A stretch of 64,000 nt of DNA from an archaeon (GTDB lineage: Archaea; SpSt-1190; DYHY01), in NCBI GenBank assembly GCA_037442745.1, contig JBBIPP010000008.1, forward strand, positions 690 to 64,689, given 5' to 3'. Made by a program: the position numbers and the translations under genes. The notes under the pieces are model-generated. The model had not been told where the DNA came from and searched no databases. It worked only from the letters and a program-made list of their open reading frames with translations. Positions 49,223 through 59,168 of this stretch are shown here, one piece after another (position 1 is the stretch's first letter; each line of letters starts with the position of its first letter).

Positions 49223-51430
49223 ATGAATGGCGTAAGGACAGCCGCAAAGGTTGTAGCAGCAACAGTAGCATCGGCAGCAATGCTCGGTGCAACAGTTGCG
49301 GGCGCAGCATTTGCAGCGGACTTTGGAAGTTTCCCGGCACCCTTCGTACAGAATGGTGTAATGAACGGGAAAGTAGTTGTTGGTGCGAACGCAATGACAG
49401 CTGACGTTGTAGGGGCGATTGGAATCGCTGCCGCACTCGGGCAGTCTGCATTCACGTCCGGATCAGCATCTGGAACAGGCAAGGCAACAGTATCCGTTTC
49501 GAGCGCAGACGGGCTAAAAGGAGAAGTATTGTTCGGACAGCAGCTAAAGGGTGCCGGCGACTTTGACACAAAGCTCCCCCTGAAGAACAACAGGTTCTCT
49601 GCACTCCGAAAGTGGACTGGAAGCGACCTCAAATACAAGGACACGACAACCGAAATCTCAGCACACCAAGAGATTGAAATCGACTCGTCCGGAATACAGG
49701 TTGCACACGGAGACAGCGATGCTGCGGCAGGAAAATGGTATCTCAAAGTACCCTCTTCCGAGCTCAAGGTCAAGATGGTCTTCGACACAGCCTTCAACGA
49801 ATCGAATGGCGATGTTGTCTTCGACATGTTCGGAAAGGAGATAACGCTTGAAGCAGTAGGAGCCGGAAGCATAACAGTATCCTCCGGAAGCAAATACTCG
49901 GTATCTCTCGACAACCCGACGTTCACAGACTCTGCAAGTGGCGCAACAGTCACTTTCAAGGGAGCTGACACGACCGGGAACAAGGCATATGTCACTGTCA
50001 CAAACGGCGGAACAACTGACAGCGCAGTCCTTGACTCTGGAGTAGAAAAGACAGTTGCGGGCGTTGCACTCAAGGCGACAGACATCTTCAGGATGTCAGA
50101 CACCGCGATGTTCTCAACACTGACAGTCGGAACAAAGCTCTCGGACGAAGTAACCGAAGGCGAAAAGTTCCTCGGTGAGACTGACTGGGAAATGCTAGAT
50201 GTTGTTGACGGAGATTCCGCTACAACCCTGACATCGTTCAGCGTTGCGTACACGCCGAGCTCGACAAAGTTCCTCTCCCCCGGAGAGAAGCTTTCCGGAC
50301 TGTTCGGAGGATTCGACCTCAAGGTTGACAGCCAGCTTATTGCAGACTCTGCACTCGAAACAGGCTTTGCTATAACCAAAGAGTCAAGCCCGAACATTTA
50401 CAGAGACAACTCGACGACAAAGGACACATCAGCACCGGGACTCAAGTTTGTGTTCCCGCAGGCAGATGTTGCCCAGCTCGCGAACGGAACCGATCTCAAG
50501 AACGACGGAACAACCGGAGTCTATATGGACACTGCTTTTTCCGGAACAACCTTGACATCAACCCTGACCTACTACCCGGACACAAAGGACGCAACAGCTG
50601 GATACTATGCAGTATCCAACAGCTCTAACCTGTTTAACCTGACATACGGGGACACGAAGCTGAGAGTGAACGTCATACCAGTGTCGTCAACACTCCTCAA
50701 CATCGAGGTCAACGCGACAAAGAACGACGGAACATCGAGCGAAGCGTTCAAGTTCAACGTAACAACTTCGTCCGGAAACGTCCTTCAGATTGCGCAGGGA
50801 ACGAACGATCCGCACTCGAACGACTTTGTATACACAGGGCCCTTCACTTCGGCTACGTCCAAGGGAGACTTTGAGTATACATATGTCACCGACTATGGAA
50901 TCAAGATAGAGCCCCTCAAATCCGACCTCAAGGCTGAGAAAGTGAGGTTCTCTGTTCCAAGCGAGCCCAACAAGTACATTGTAGTTGTTGGAAAGGACAC
51001 AACAGTACAGGAAATGATTGCGGCGGGAGAGACTGGAGCAAAATCCAAGGTCAAGATTGACGCAATCACAGTCGCAGGCGCGACCACAATGACAAAGGTC
51101 CCAATCTCTGCACCGGTTGCAGTCTTGGACACTGAAGTCAGCGACAAGGACATGAACATGATTCTTGTCGGCGGGCCTTCTGTTAACAGCCTCGTAAAGA
51201 TGCTTGGCGGAATGTACGCGGATGCTCAGACATACGCGAACGCCGGTAAGCTCTACTGGGTTGAGAGCGGACTTGCGCCCGGAAAGACTGTTGTTGTAGT
51301 TGCCGGATGGGACGCTGCAAACACAAGAGCGGCATCCCATGTCCTCGCAAACTATGGCAAATACGCCCTTGCCGGTAAGACTGAAGTTACAGTCCAAGGC
51401 ACTGACGTAAACAGCCTTACTGTTGCGTAA
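49223..51430 (+). CDS. S-layer-like secreted surface protein (735 aa)
   Basis: Signal peptide, T/S/G/A/V-rich low-complexity composition, and many N-x-S/T sequons. Preceded by an A/T-rich promoter-like region and 'ggagga' 9 nt before the ATG. Confidence 0.55.
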   Translation: MNGVRTAAKVVAATVASAAMLGATVAGAAFAADFGSFPAPFVQNGVMNGKVVVGANAMTADVVGAIGIAAALGQSAFTSGSASGTGKATVSVSSADGLKGEVLFGQQLKGAGDFDTKLPLKNNRFSALRKWTGSDLKYKDTTTEISAHQEIEIDSSGIQVAHGDSDAAAGKWYLKVPSSELKVKMVFDTAFNESNGDVVFDMFGKEITLEAVGAGSITVSSGSKYSVSLDNPTFTDSASGATVTFKGADTTGNKAYVTVTNGGTTDSAVLDSGVEKTVAGVALKATDIFRMSDTAMFSTLTVGTKLSDEVTEGEKFLGETDWEMLDVVDGDSATTLTSFSVAYTPSSTKFLSPGEKLSGLFGGFDLKVDSQLIADSALETGFAITKESSPNIYRDNSTTKDTSAPGLKFVFPQADVAQLANGTDLKNDGTTGVYMDTAFSGTTLTSTLTYYPDTKDATAGYYAVSNSSNLFNLTYGDTKLRVNVIPVSSTLLNIEVNATKNDGTSSEAFKFNVTTSSGNVLQIAQGTNDPHSNDFVYTGPFTSATSKGDFEYTYVTDYGIKIEPLKSDLKAEKVRFSVPSEPNKYIVVVGKDTTVQEMIAAGETGAKSKVKIDAITVAGATTMTKVPISAPVAVLDTEVSDKDMNMILVGGPSVNSLVKMLGGMYADAQTYANAGKLYWVESGLAPGKTVVVVAGWDAANTRAASHVLANYGKYALAGKTEVTVQGTDVNSLTVA

Positions 51431-52599
51431 GAACGAAACCAGAGACACCACAAAGGCGACTGATCCGGGCCTCCTGGAGGAGGCCCGGACAGCATTTTTA
51501 TTTTTCCAGAACAAAATGGAAAACCCAAGTTTATTCGGACAAAATTCCTTTTCCAATGGAAGCGCTCCTCCAGCATTTCGCTTCCCGAACAACCCTCCAA
51601 ACAAACCCGGCAAAACAGATTTAGACACCACTGTCCAAAATGAACAATTTAAAAATTGTTTCAGATGGACGGAAATATTCCCTTGTTTTGGATGTTGATT
51701 ATACGATAATGCTCTCCCTCCCTCCCCTGAGAAATACAATTTTTCCGGGAACTCTATTCTGAGGAAATAGATAGTTTCCAACAAGGGGCTTTTCCGGAGC
51801 GAATGCGGTCAAATTGTCCCAGGAAATTGATTTGGCCGAGTCATCCACCAGAAAGGGCAATCCGGAGACGAAGAACGCAACTCTTAGAAAGGATCGCTTT
51901 CCATTTGGTCTTCCAAGGGAATACCGGGCTCTTTCCGGAAGACTGGTTCCGGATGAAGATGTGGAGAGAATTCGGACTGCCAGAGACGTTGAATTCGGGG
52001 GATTTGTCAATTCCCTTGCAATTGAGACTGAAACGGACAGAATTCTCCATTGTCTTGCTGGAACTTCCTCCGAACCCGGATGGAAACTCAGAAGAGGAGC
52101 TCGGAAAATTGTGAAATCCCTGCAAGAAGCTTGATTATTCAACTTTTACGTCGCAACAATAGGTAATTGAGTTGTCCAGGAAAGGAAATACTAACAAGTT
52201 CTCTCCTTCTTCAGAGGAGTGAAAATTGTCTTGGTCCCCCTTCCTCCCGGAAAAACGACCCACTGGCGGGAGAAGACCTTGGGAGCAACTGAAGAGGGAT
52301 ATTCTGTTGCAAAAGGCAAACTCTCCCACAGGTTGAGGCGGAAATCCACTCCCTTTTAGGGATTTGATCCGCTTGTCCCTAGTGATGAACAGCCCAAAGA
52401 ATTTAAGCAAGTTTTGAGGTAATATTATTGGGAGGGGAAGAGACCGCAAACGATAGAACTAATTGGAAAAATTCTGGGAATACTTGGAATCGGAATTGCG
52501 AACTATTTCCTATCAAAAAGCATGTTTTTCCCTGCCGAATAGCCAATTTTGTGCTAACGGGGAAATTTTATATATCTGAGAAGGCCAGAACTAGGCACA

Positions 52600-53076
52600 A
52601 TGGTCACCGCCCCTTCGGGGAAAAGACAGGCTCAGGGCGCTCTCGAATATCTAATTACATATGGCTGGGCAATACTGATTATTGTCATTATTGGCGGGGC
52701 GCTGTTCGCTCTCGGGGTGTTTAATCCGTCGAGCTGGACTACTAATAAGAGGGCGACAGGGTTTACTACAATGCAAATAAAAGATTGGGTTCTTCAAGGC
52801 GGAACTGGAAACAACACCCTCATTGCAGTTCTTCAGAATAAAGCAGGTTATCCTGTATATGTCTGGAGGATAAAAACAACCGACGAATGGGGAAATTGTG
52901 ATACTGTGTTTTCTAATGTTCAAGTACAAGAAGACGACACCATACGATTTATTGTCGCTTGTTTAACCGGAAACGTTCAAGTTGGGAAGCAATACACGCT
53001 CAATCTGCAAATACAATACGAGTCAAATGGACTAAACCATACTGACTTTGGAACGCTTTCAGGTAAGGCAGAATAA
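52600..53076 (+). CDS. archaeal type IV pilin-like protein with class III signal peptide
   Basis: 'KRQAQGALEYLITYGWAILIIVIIGGALFALG' is a class III (prepilin-peptidase) signal, i.e. a basic residue, QG, then a hydrophobic stretch. TATA-like 'ttttatatat' lies ~25 bp upstream. Confidence 0.6.
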   Translation: MVTAPSGKRQAQGALEYLITYGWAILIIVIIGGALFALGVFNPSSWTTNKRATGFTTMQIKDWVLQGGTGNNTLIAVLQNKAGYPVYVWRIKTTDEWGNCDTVFSNVQVQEDDTIRFIVACLTGNVQVGKQYTLNLQIQYESNGLNHTDFGTLSGKAE

Positions 53077-53112
53077 AGATATTCTTTTAAATAATTTCGC
53101 TAACCCAAATGA

Positions 53113-55485
53113 ATGCGACATAAAGTGGTTGCTATTTTCCTAGTATTTTTAGTAATAAATTTAGGGTATGCGTACAAAGAAAAAGTATATACACAAAACT
53201 TTTCTGTGCTCGGACAATGTCCTACTTATTTCAATCCTCCCATTAAGTATTGTGCTATTTCTTCAGGATCTAGTTTTACCCCGTCTAATACAACGGCAAG
53301 CGTTTACATACCTGAGATAATATTCTCTAAACTAAATTCAACTAATGTAAGTTTCTCTAACGTGGTTTACAGAAGTCCTGCTTACTGGAATTATACTTTA
53401 GCAACTATATCGAACGGAACCCTTACAAATTTAAGAATGTGTTCTTCGCATCCTTTTTGCTTAGAAAATATAATTAGAAAATTAGATGGGACTTTTCATA
53501 ATCTGCTAATATTTCCAAATAGTACTATTCCCGGATATTTCATGTGGTCCCACAATATTTCAATAGAGTTGGAATATTATCTCATCAATATCTCAATCCC
53601 TTCCATTTCCAAGGAGGGAAACTTCCTAACATGCTCTTCGAACATAACAACCGATTTCTCGGGAGCCGACCTCTCGACTAATTTCACTTTCATGCGGAAC
53701 GGAGAAACAGTTTCCAACATGACTGGTTCGAAAACCTGCCTCAACTCAACCGAATGCCAATATTCAGTAGATGTCCAGAACCTTTCGGGGAATTGGACGT
53801 GCGAAGTTTTCTCAGGAGACTGGTCGGTCCGGTCCGAGATCCTTGCAGTAGACAGCCAGATTGAAATAACCGAAGACCCCTTCCAGACCGACAACTCGAC
53901 AAGCGAACATTCCTTCATTGCAAGAGCTAGGGCAAAAGATTTGGACGGAATTTCTGACATTTCGTCCTGTTTTGTCTCTTCCGAATTATGCGGGCCAACA
54001 TATCTTGAGCCGACAGGAAACGAGAACGAAATTGAATGCCGGGCAACCTGCTCCTCTCAGAACGAAAGCGAAATTTCCCTTTCATTCGTCTTTTCAGACA
54101 CACAAGGGCGGAACATCTCAACCAGCGAGACCGCCTTTGCGACTCCGAATTCCCCTCCAAGCATTTCCGGATCAAACATAACTCTAGTGTCCCCCAATTC
54201 AACGAGGAAATATGCCGAATTCTCCTGCGTCTCAGAGACAACCGACCCCGACGGCGATTCCTTCACCGAGCTCTACCTTTTCTATTCAACTGGGTTTGGA
54301 ACCCTAAGAGATTACTCTGATAACAGCACCTTCCATTGCCGTGAGAGCGAGTTCTGTCTCAAAGGAGAGGAGATAAAATGCAAAACAAACGCGGTCGACG
54401 AACTAGGGCGTTCGACAGACAGGCTCTCTGATGGGCTTGTTGCAATAGCAAATGCGCCTCCCGAAAAAGTCAATTTTCAAACCCAGAACGGAAGCGTTTT
54501 CAATTCCAGCTCAATTCAGATACTTTTTTCAGCCTCGCTGGACGAAGATGAGGACGAAGTTTCTTATGTCTTTTGGCTTTCTGAAGGATCCAGCTATTCG
54601 AGCGAAGGGGCTCCATTGAACCTCTCGAACCTTTCGGACGGCAACTATATTTTGAAAGGGCGCTCAACTGACGGAGAGTTGGAAAGCCAGGAAGAAGAGC
54701 TGTATTTTTCAGTGTCTTCTGTCAGGACAACCACAACAACCACCGCCATTACAACGACTACAATATCTTCCGGAGGAGGCTTTCCCCCAGTTTCTACAAG
54801 CATAGTATCAACAACAACGACAATATTGCCAACAAGTTTCCCGATAATAGGGACTCCAACAGAGTCTGGGAACAGGTCTGTATTGGTAACAATAGAAAAC
54901 CCCAGAAATTCGAGCGTTTTCCTGGAATATGATAAATCTGTCATCTCCTGCTATCCAGATGAAATACCGGCCGAAAAGAGCGCAATCATTTCTTGCCAGT
55001 TTTCCGAGAAATTTAGGGACCGCCCAGTTTCAATAGAAATTACAAACGGCACCACTGCAATAAGTCAATTCGAACTTTGGACTGATACGGGAAAAACCTC
55101 CGAACGCGCAAGAGCGCAGATCGAACGCTTGTTCAGAATCTGGACAAACTGCTTTGATTCAAGGGCAAAGGAGCTTGTCGATTCCCTGCAAGAAGCTCTT
55201 GACCGCGAAAAGATTCTCGGAGGGAATCGGACGGAACTCGATTCACTCGTTGCGTCCGCCGAAAGCTATGAAATCCATAGCAATTGTCAATGGACAGCTT
55301 CAAACGGCTCGTTCGGCAGCGCGGGCAATTCCTCATCAACCGGACGTCTCCCAACACCCCTATTCGTCGCAGAGCCAAAAGCCCCTTCCGAAAACGAAAA
55401 CTTTTTCACAAAACTCCTCAACACAATAATCGCCTTCTTTTCAGGAATCTTCCTAAAAATAAAATCTTTCTTGGGTTTCACTTAA
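53113..55485 (+). CDS. large secreted Thr-linker glycoprotein (790 aa), putative adhesin or pilus-associated
   Basis: Signal peptide and very many N-x-S/T sequons. A poly-Thr tract 'SSVRTTTTTTAITTTTISSGGG...STTTTILPTS' and a C-terminal hydrophobic tail. Confidence 0.5.
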   Translation: MRHKVVAIFLVFLVINLGYAYKEKVYTQNFSVLGQCPTYFNPPIKYCAISSGSSFTPSNTTASVYIPEIIFSKLNSTNVSFSNVVYRSPAYWNYTLATISNGTLTNLRMCSSHPFCLENIIRKLDGTFHNLLIFPNSTIPGYFMWSHNISIELEYYLINISIPSISKEGNFLTCSSNITTDFSGADLSTNFTFMRNGETVSNMTGSKTCLNSTECQYSVDVQNLSGNWTCEVFSGDWSVRSEILAVDSQIEITEDPFQTDNSTSEHSFIARARAKDLDGISDISSCFVSSELCGPTYLEPTGNENEIECRATCSSQNESEISLSFVFSDTQGRNISTSETAFATPNSPPSISGSNITLVSPNSTRKYAEFSCVSETTDPDGDSFTELYLFYSTGFGTLRDYSDNSTFHCRESEFCLKGEEIKCKTNAVDELGRSTDRLSDGLVAIANAPPEKVNFQTQNGSVFNSSSIQILFSASLDEDEDEVSYVFWLSEGSSYSSEGAPLNLSNLSDGNYILKGRSTDGELESQEEELYFSVSSVRTTTTTTAITTTTISSGGGFPPVSTSIVSTTTTILPTSFPIIGTPTESGNRSVLVTIENPRNSSVFLEYDKSVISCYPDEIPAEKSAIISCQFSEKFRDRPVSIEITNGTTAISQFELWTDTGKTSERARAQIERLFRIWTNCFDSRAKELVDSLQEALDREKILGGNRTELDSLVASAESYEIHSNCQWTASNGSFGSAGNSSSTGRLPTPLFVAEPKAPSENENFFTKLLNTIIAFFSGIFLKIKSFLGFT

Positions 55486-55787
55486 CCCCCATAGCTCGGG
55501 GGGTCCCCTCTCATTTCATCTTTTGAATCGTCCTCGTTGATTGACTGCCCAAAAGTCCCAGTCAAGGCAAGTATTGTCAGAATTGCGCAGAGAACGCAGA
55601 GGATTATAACAAGAATGCTTGCTCCAAAAAGGCTCTCCGACACCCCCAAATAGGGCTTTTGAAGGATTTAATATTATCCATCGTTGGACAGATTTTTCAC
55701 CCAAGAAATGCAAAATATACCAAAAACAAGTCAAATTTTCCCGAAACAACACAATTTAAAAACCCCGAAAAAGTTCTCGTTCCCACT

Positions 55788-56336
55788 ATGGGACTTCGAC
55801 CAGCAAGAGCAGTCAGACGCTTCAACAATCCTCCGTACACACGGGTTGCTCAGAGGGTAATGAAGAAGGCATTCATCAGAGGGGTGCCGGGGTCAAAAAT
55901 GCACACTTTCCAGACAGGAAAGCGCGCGACATATGAACACAAGCTTATTTTAGTTGCAAGGGAAAAGCTCTTCCTTCGGCACAACCAGCTGGAAGCCGCA
56001 AGGGTTGCCGCAAACGGATACTGCTCGTCGAAGCTCGGAATGGAAGGCTATTTCATGAAAGTATATGTCTATCCTCACCAGGTAATAAGAGAAAACGCGC
56101 TTGCAACAGGCGCAGGGGCGGACAGGTTCCAATCTGGAATGTCAAGGGCATTCGGAAAGCCTGTCTCTACCGCTGCAATGGTGAAGAACAACACAAAACT
56201 AATGGCAATCTGGGTTCCGGCAGGAAAGCTCTTGGAAGCGAAGGAAGCTTTCCGAAGGGCGGCAATCCGCCTGTCCGCAAAGACTAGCGTCCTCATTGAG
56301 ACTGGAAAGTTTGACACGAAAAAAGTCGAAAAGTAA
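55788..56336 (+). CDS. rpl10e: ribosomal protein L10e (uL16)
   Basis: 'MGLRPARAVRRFNNPPYTRV...' is a characteristic L10e N-terminus. Confidence 0.8.
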   Translation: MGLRPARAVRRFNNPPYTRVAQRVMKKAFIRGVPGSKMHTFQTGKRATYEHKLILVAREKLFLRHNQLEAARVAANGYCSSKLGMEGYFMKVYVYPHQVIRENALATGAGADRFQSGMSRAFGKPVSTAAMVKNNTKLMAIWVPAGKLLEAKEAFRRAAIRLSAKTSVLIETGKFDTKKVEK

Positions 56337-56340
56337 TTCG

Positions 56341-57018
56341 TCAGCTTTTTCCGTCCCACTCGGAGAAGAATTCCTTGATGAACCTCTCCATCCTCTTCTT
56401 CCTTTCCCGGGCTAGTTTTTCCCCGGTTTTCGTATAAATCAGGGAATCGAGTCTGAGGAGTTTCTCGTAGAAATGGTTTATTGTGTGGGTCGCCCCCCGT
56501 TTCCGATATTCTTCCCTGCTCATCAGGAGCTTTGGCTTGACCGTCGGCTCATACATCGGACGCCCCTTCTTTCCGCCATAGGCAAACGTCCTCCCAATTC
56601 CAATCGCCCCCATTGCGTCGAGGAAATCCGCGTCCCTAACAATTTCGCCCTCAATTGAGGACATCCTTTTTGGCTTGCCTTTTGTTCCCGGGAAATTCAT
56701 TTCTGAAATTATTTTCGAGACGGCTTTCCGAGTCCCTTCAGGAACCGAGAATTCCCGCAGCAAGTCGTCAGCCCTCTTCGGCCCGAGCGTTTCGTCTCCC
56801 TCGTTGAACTTGTAATCGGCAATGTCGTGGAGGAGGGCGGCCAATTCGATAACATAGAAATCCGGAGCCGCTTTTTTCTCTGAGCGGGCGATTCTTCTCG
56901 CAAGCCCCCAGACGCGATATGTGTGCCACCAGTCGTGGCCGGAGGATTCCCCGGAGTGGAGGGATTGCATGCGTTTAGCTATTGAGACGATCGTTCGCTT
57001 GCTGTATTCAGATGGCAT
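56341..57018 (-). CDS. HD-domain phosphohydrolase
   Basis: 'HDWWH' ... 'LHDIAD' metal-binding HD motifs. Confidence 0.65.
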   Translation of the reverse strand: MPSEYSKRTIVSIAKRMQSLHSGESSGHDWWHTYRVWGLARRIARSEKKAAPDFYVIELAALLHDIADYKFNEGDETLGPKRADDLLREFSVPEGTRKAVSKIISEMNFPGTKGKPKRMSSIEGEIVRDADFLDAMGAIGIGRTFAYGGKKGRPMYEPTVKPKLLMSREEYRKRGATHTINHFYEKLLRLDSLIYTKTGEKLARERKKRMERFIKEFFSEWDGKS

Positions 57019-57084
57019 TTTATTTTCAAAAGTTCAAGGCCAGTTAAAGAATTTCCGAAATTAACATTGTCCCTCGGAAACTGG

Positions 57085-57156
57085 TGGACTGGACGGGAGT
57101 CGAACCCGTGACCTCAGCAATGCCAATGCCGCATTCTACCACTGAACTACCAGCCC
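57085..57156 (-). tRNA. tRNA-Ala (anticodon GGC)
   Basis: Reverse complement GGGCUGG-ua-GUUC..., anticodon loop 'uuGGCau', G3:U70, same acceptor stem as the spacer tRNA-Ala. Confidence 0.85.
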
Positions 57157-57260
57157 AGAAACTTTACGAAAGTTTCATCAAATAGTCCGTTCGCAGGCGA
57201 ACGGACAAGCCCAGTTCAGTGGGTTTATATTAGCATTCCTGAGCCTTGGGCAAAGTCCGT

Positions 57261-57279
57261 GCTCGCACGGATACCACTG
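57261..57279 (-). repeat. 17-nt duplicate of the tRNA-Ala(GGC) 5' acceptor/D-arm segment inside a hairpin-forming pseudo-tRNA fragment
   Basis: 'ccactgaactaccagcc' recurs ~105 bp from the intact gene. Context 'cttggCUGGUAGUUCAGUGGuauccgugcgagcacggacuuugcccaagg' can fold as a minihelix but lacks a T-arm. Confidence 0.4.
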
Positions 57280-57689
57280 AACTACCAGCCAAGGTAATTA
57301 GCAAGGGGGATTTTTTCCATTCTTTTAAGTCTTTTGAACACTGACCTTTTCAGTCAAAAGAGCGCCGTTAATGAAAACATATGCAAGATGAGTCGCAATT
57401 ATCAGGAGAAATAACGCCCCAAAGCCAAGGAAATCCGCCACAATTCCAGCAAGGAAGAGCCGGAGGAACGCAAAAGAGACAGGAGTCAAGGCGAGAATGA
57501 AGACTATTACGGAAATGGATATTCCTATTGAGACGAGATAGAGCGGGACAATCAAAATAAGGCTCATTGAAACTGTCGAGTAAAAAGTGTAGAGATAGGC
57601 GCTCCGGGAGATTGTGAGCTTTCTCATACGGAAACTGTCTGCAGAAAGAGAGAGGTTTAAAATCCTCAGACCGCATTCCTGTAAAGTTT

Positions 57690-57805
57690 GTGGTGGGCCG
57701 GGTGGTTGAGCATCGGAAATCGGCGAAATCCGAGGCCCAATAAAACTGGTGGTGGGCCGGGTGGTTGAGCATCGGAAATCGGCGAAATCCGAGGCCCAAT
57801 AAAAC
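57690..57805 (-). repeat. 2 x 58-bp tandem repeat, each unit carrying a copy of the tRNA-Lys 3' end (CCACCCGGCCCACCA)
   Basis: Units at 57690-57747 and 57748-57805 are identical. Each begins (forward) with 'tggtgggccgggtgg', the same 15 nt that end tRNA-Lys including its encoded CCA. The third copy is the tRNA itself. Confidence 0.85.
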
Positions 57806-57808
57806 TGG

Positions 57809-57886
57809 TGGTGGGCCGGGTGGGATTTGAACCCACGACCCAAAGATTAAGAGTCTTTTGCTCTAACCATGCTGAGCTACCGGCCC
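57809..57886 (-). tRNA. tRNA-Lys (anticodon CTT) with genomically encoded CCA
   Basis: Reverse complement GGGCCGG-ua-GCUC-AGCAUGGUU-AGAGC-a-AAAGA-CUCUUAA-UCUUU-GGGUC-GUGGG-UUCAAAU-CCCAC-CCGGCCC-A-CCA. Confidence 0.85.
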
Positions 57887-57960
57887 GTTTTTCGGGAGCC
57901 CCCCGCTCTAGCATTTTGGAGGGGAGCCCCTCAATCAAGGGATTGACGCTCGCGCAGTAT

Positions 57961-58146
57961 TTACCGCGTTTCCCTTGACTTTATCTTCTTCTTCTGCCAG
58001 GAATAGTTCCTAATTGTGGCAGTCTTTCCGAATCCGCAGGATGAGCATACCTTCTTTTTCTTGTGGTATGTCGCCCGCCCGCATCTTCTGCATCTCAGGT
58101 GAAGGGTTTTCTGCCTTCGCCCCATGCTTGGTGTTCCTTTTCCCAT
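57961..58146 (-). CDS. rpl37e: ribosomal protein L37e
   Basis: '[23 protein letters not shown]...CSSCG' C4 zinc-ribbon r-protein. Confidence 0.8.
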   Translation of the reverse strand: MGKGTPSMGRRQKTLHLRCRRCGRATYHKKKKVCSSCGFGKTATIRNYSWQKKKIKSRETR

Positions 58147-58152
58147 TCAGTC

Positions 58153-58410
58153 TCATTCCTCCGGTGAAATTATTGTAATGTTGTCTCCCCTGATAACTAC
58201 CCGGCCTAGCTTTCTTTTAAGCTCGCCGTTCCTAATCTCGGACGCCTCGTCTAGGACCGTGTTTATGTGGATGTCAAACGTCCGGAGTATTCCGACAAAG
58301 GAATTCCCGTCCTTTAGTTCCACAAATACCCGTTTCCCCCTTGCTTCGCTCAGTGCGTCCAAGGGCCTCTCAAGAGAGGAAGAATGCGAATTTCCCTGTC
58401 CTAGCGCCAT
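58153..58410 (-). CDS. Sm-like archaeal protein (SmAP/LSm)
   Basis: Sm1/Sm2 motifs ('VFVELKDGNSFVGILRTFDIHINTVL', 'RGDNITII'). Classic archaeal Sm-L37e gene pair. Confidence 0.8.
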   Translation of the reverse strand: MALGQGNSHSSSLERPLDALSEARGKRVFVELKDGNSFVGILRTFDIHINTVLDEASEIRNGELKRKLGRVVIRGDNITIISPEE

Positions 58411-58508
58411 TTTTTATCGGAACGGCTCCCAAACATCCGTTTTATAAGCGTTTCCGAAAGAAGAGCCAACCCCTAACTTTAAAAACCTCATTTCCGGGCT
58501 TGTCTCCG

Positions 58509-58886
58509 ATGGCGCAGTATCACGCAAAGAGCATGGTCAAAAAAACTACCGGGATGAGAAGGCCCGGGCACAAGAAGAAAAAGTACGAAATTGGCGGGAA
58601 CTGGATTGAGACGAAACTCGGGAAAAACCGGGCTGTGACAATAAGGACACGGGGAGGAAAAATGAAGAAGAACCTGCTCGGGGCAGAATTCGCAAACGTC
58701 CGGGACAAGGGCGGAAAAATAATCAGGACAAAGATAACAGGCGTCCTCGAACACGCGGACAACCCGCACTATGTGAGACGAATAATTGTCACCAGGGGTT
58801 GCGTAATATCGACCGAGCTAGGAAAAGCCAAAGTTACTAGCAGGCCCGGCCAAGACGGCGTTGTCAACGGTATACTTGTGGAATAG
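58509..58886 (+). CDS. rps8e: ribosomal protein S8e
   Basis: '...AVTIRTRGGKMKKNLL...' conserved S8e block. ~125 aa from 'MAQYHAKS'. Confidence 0.75.
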   Translation: MAQYHAKSMVKKTTGMRRPGHKKKKYEIGGNWIETKLGKNRAVTIRTRGGKMKKNLLGAEFANVRDKGGKIIRTKITGVLEHADNPHYVRRIIVTRGCVISTELGKAKVTSRPGQDGVVNGILVE

Positions 58887-58901
58887 TTGTTTTTTTGAGA
58901 A

Positions 58902-59168
58902 ATGCCTTCCCGGAAGAAGGAAGCTTCTTCAAACCTCACTGAAAAAAAGGCGGAAAAGCTCTTTTCAGATGGGAAGGTGAAAAGCCTCGGGGCGGGCGGG
59001 CGCAGGATTTACTTTTCGGTTGAAGGCGAAACAGGAACGCGCCAAGTGTCATTCGAGCTAGGAAAGCAGAAATGGAACTGCGACTGCAAGTACATTTCTC
59101 TTTATCCGGACAAGGAGTGCAGCCACATTCTGGCGTGCAAGATTTTCCAGAAAGCTTCTAAGGCTTGA
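58902..59168 (+). CDS. small SWIM-type zinc-finger protein
   Basis: 'CDCKYISLYPDKECSHILAC' CxCxnCxH pattern. Confidence 0.4.
   Translation: MPSRKKEASSNLTEKKAEKLFSDGKVKSLGAGGRRIYFSVEGETGTRQVSFELGKQKWNCDCKYISLYPDKECSHILACKIFQKASKA

Noticed and set aside
57690-57805. CRISPR array, because of the identical 58-bp tandem units
   Set aside because: There are only two units with no variable spacers. The repeat core is a copy of the tRNA-Lys 3' end. No cas genes are present.
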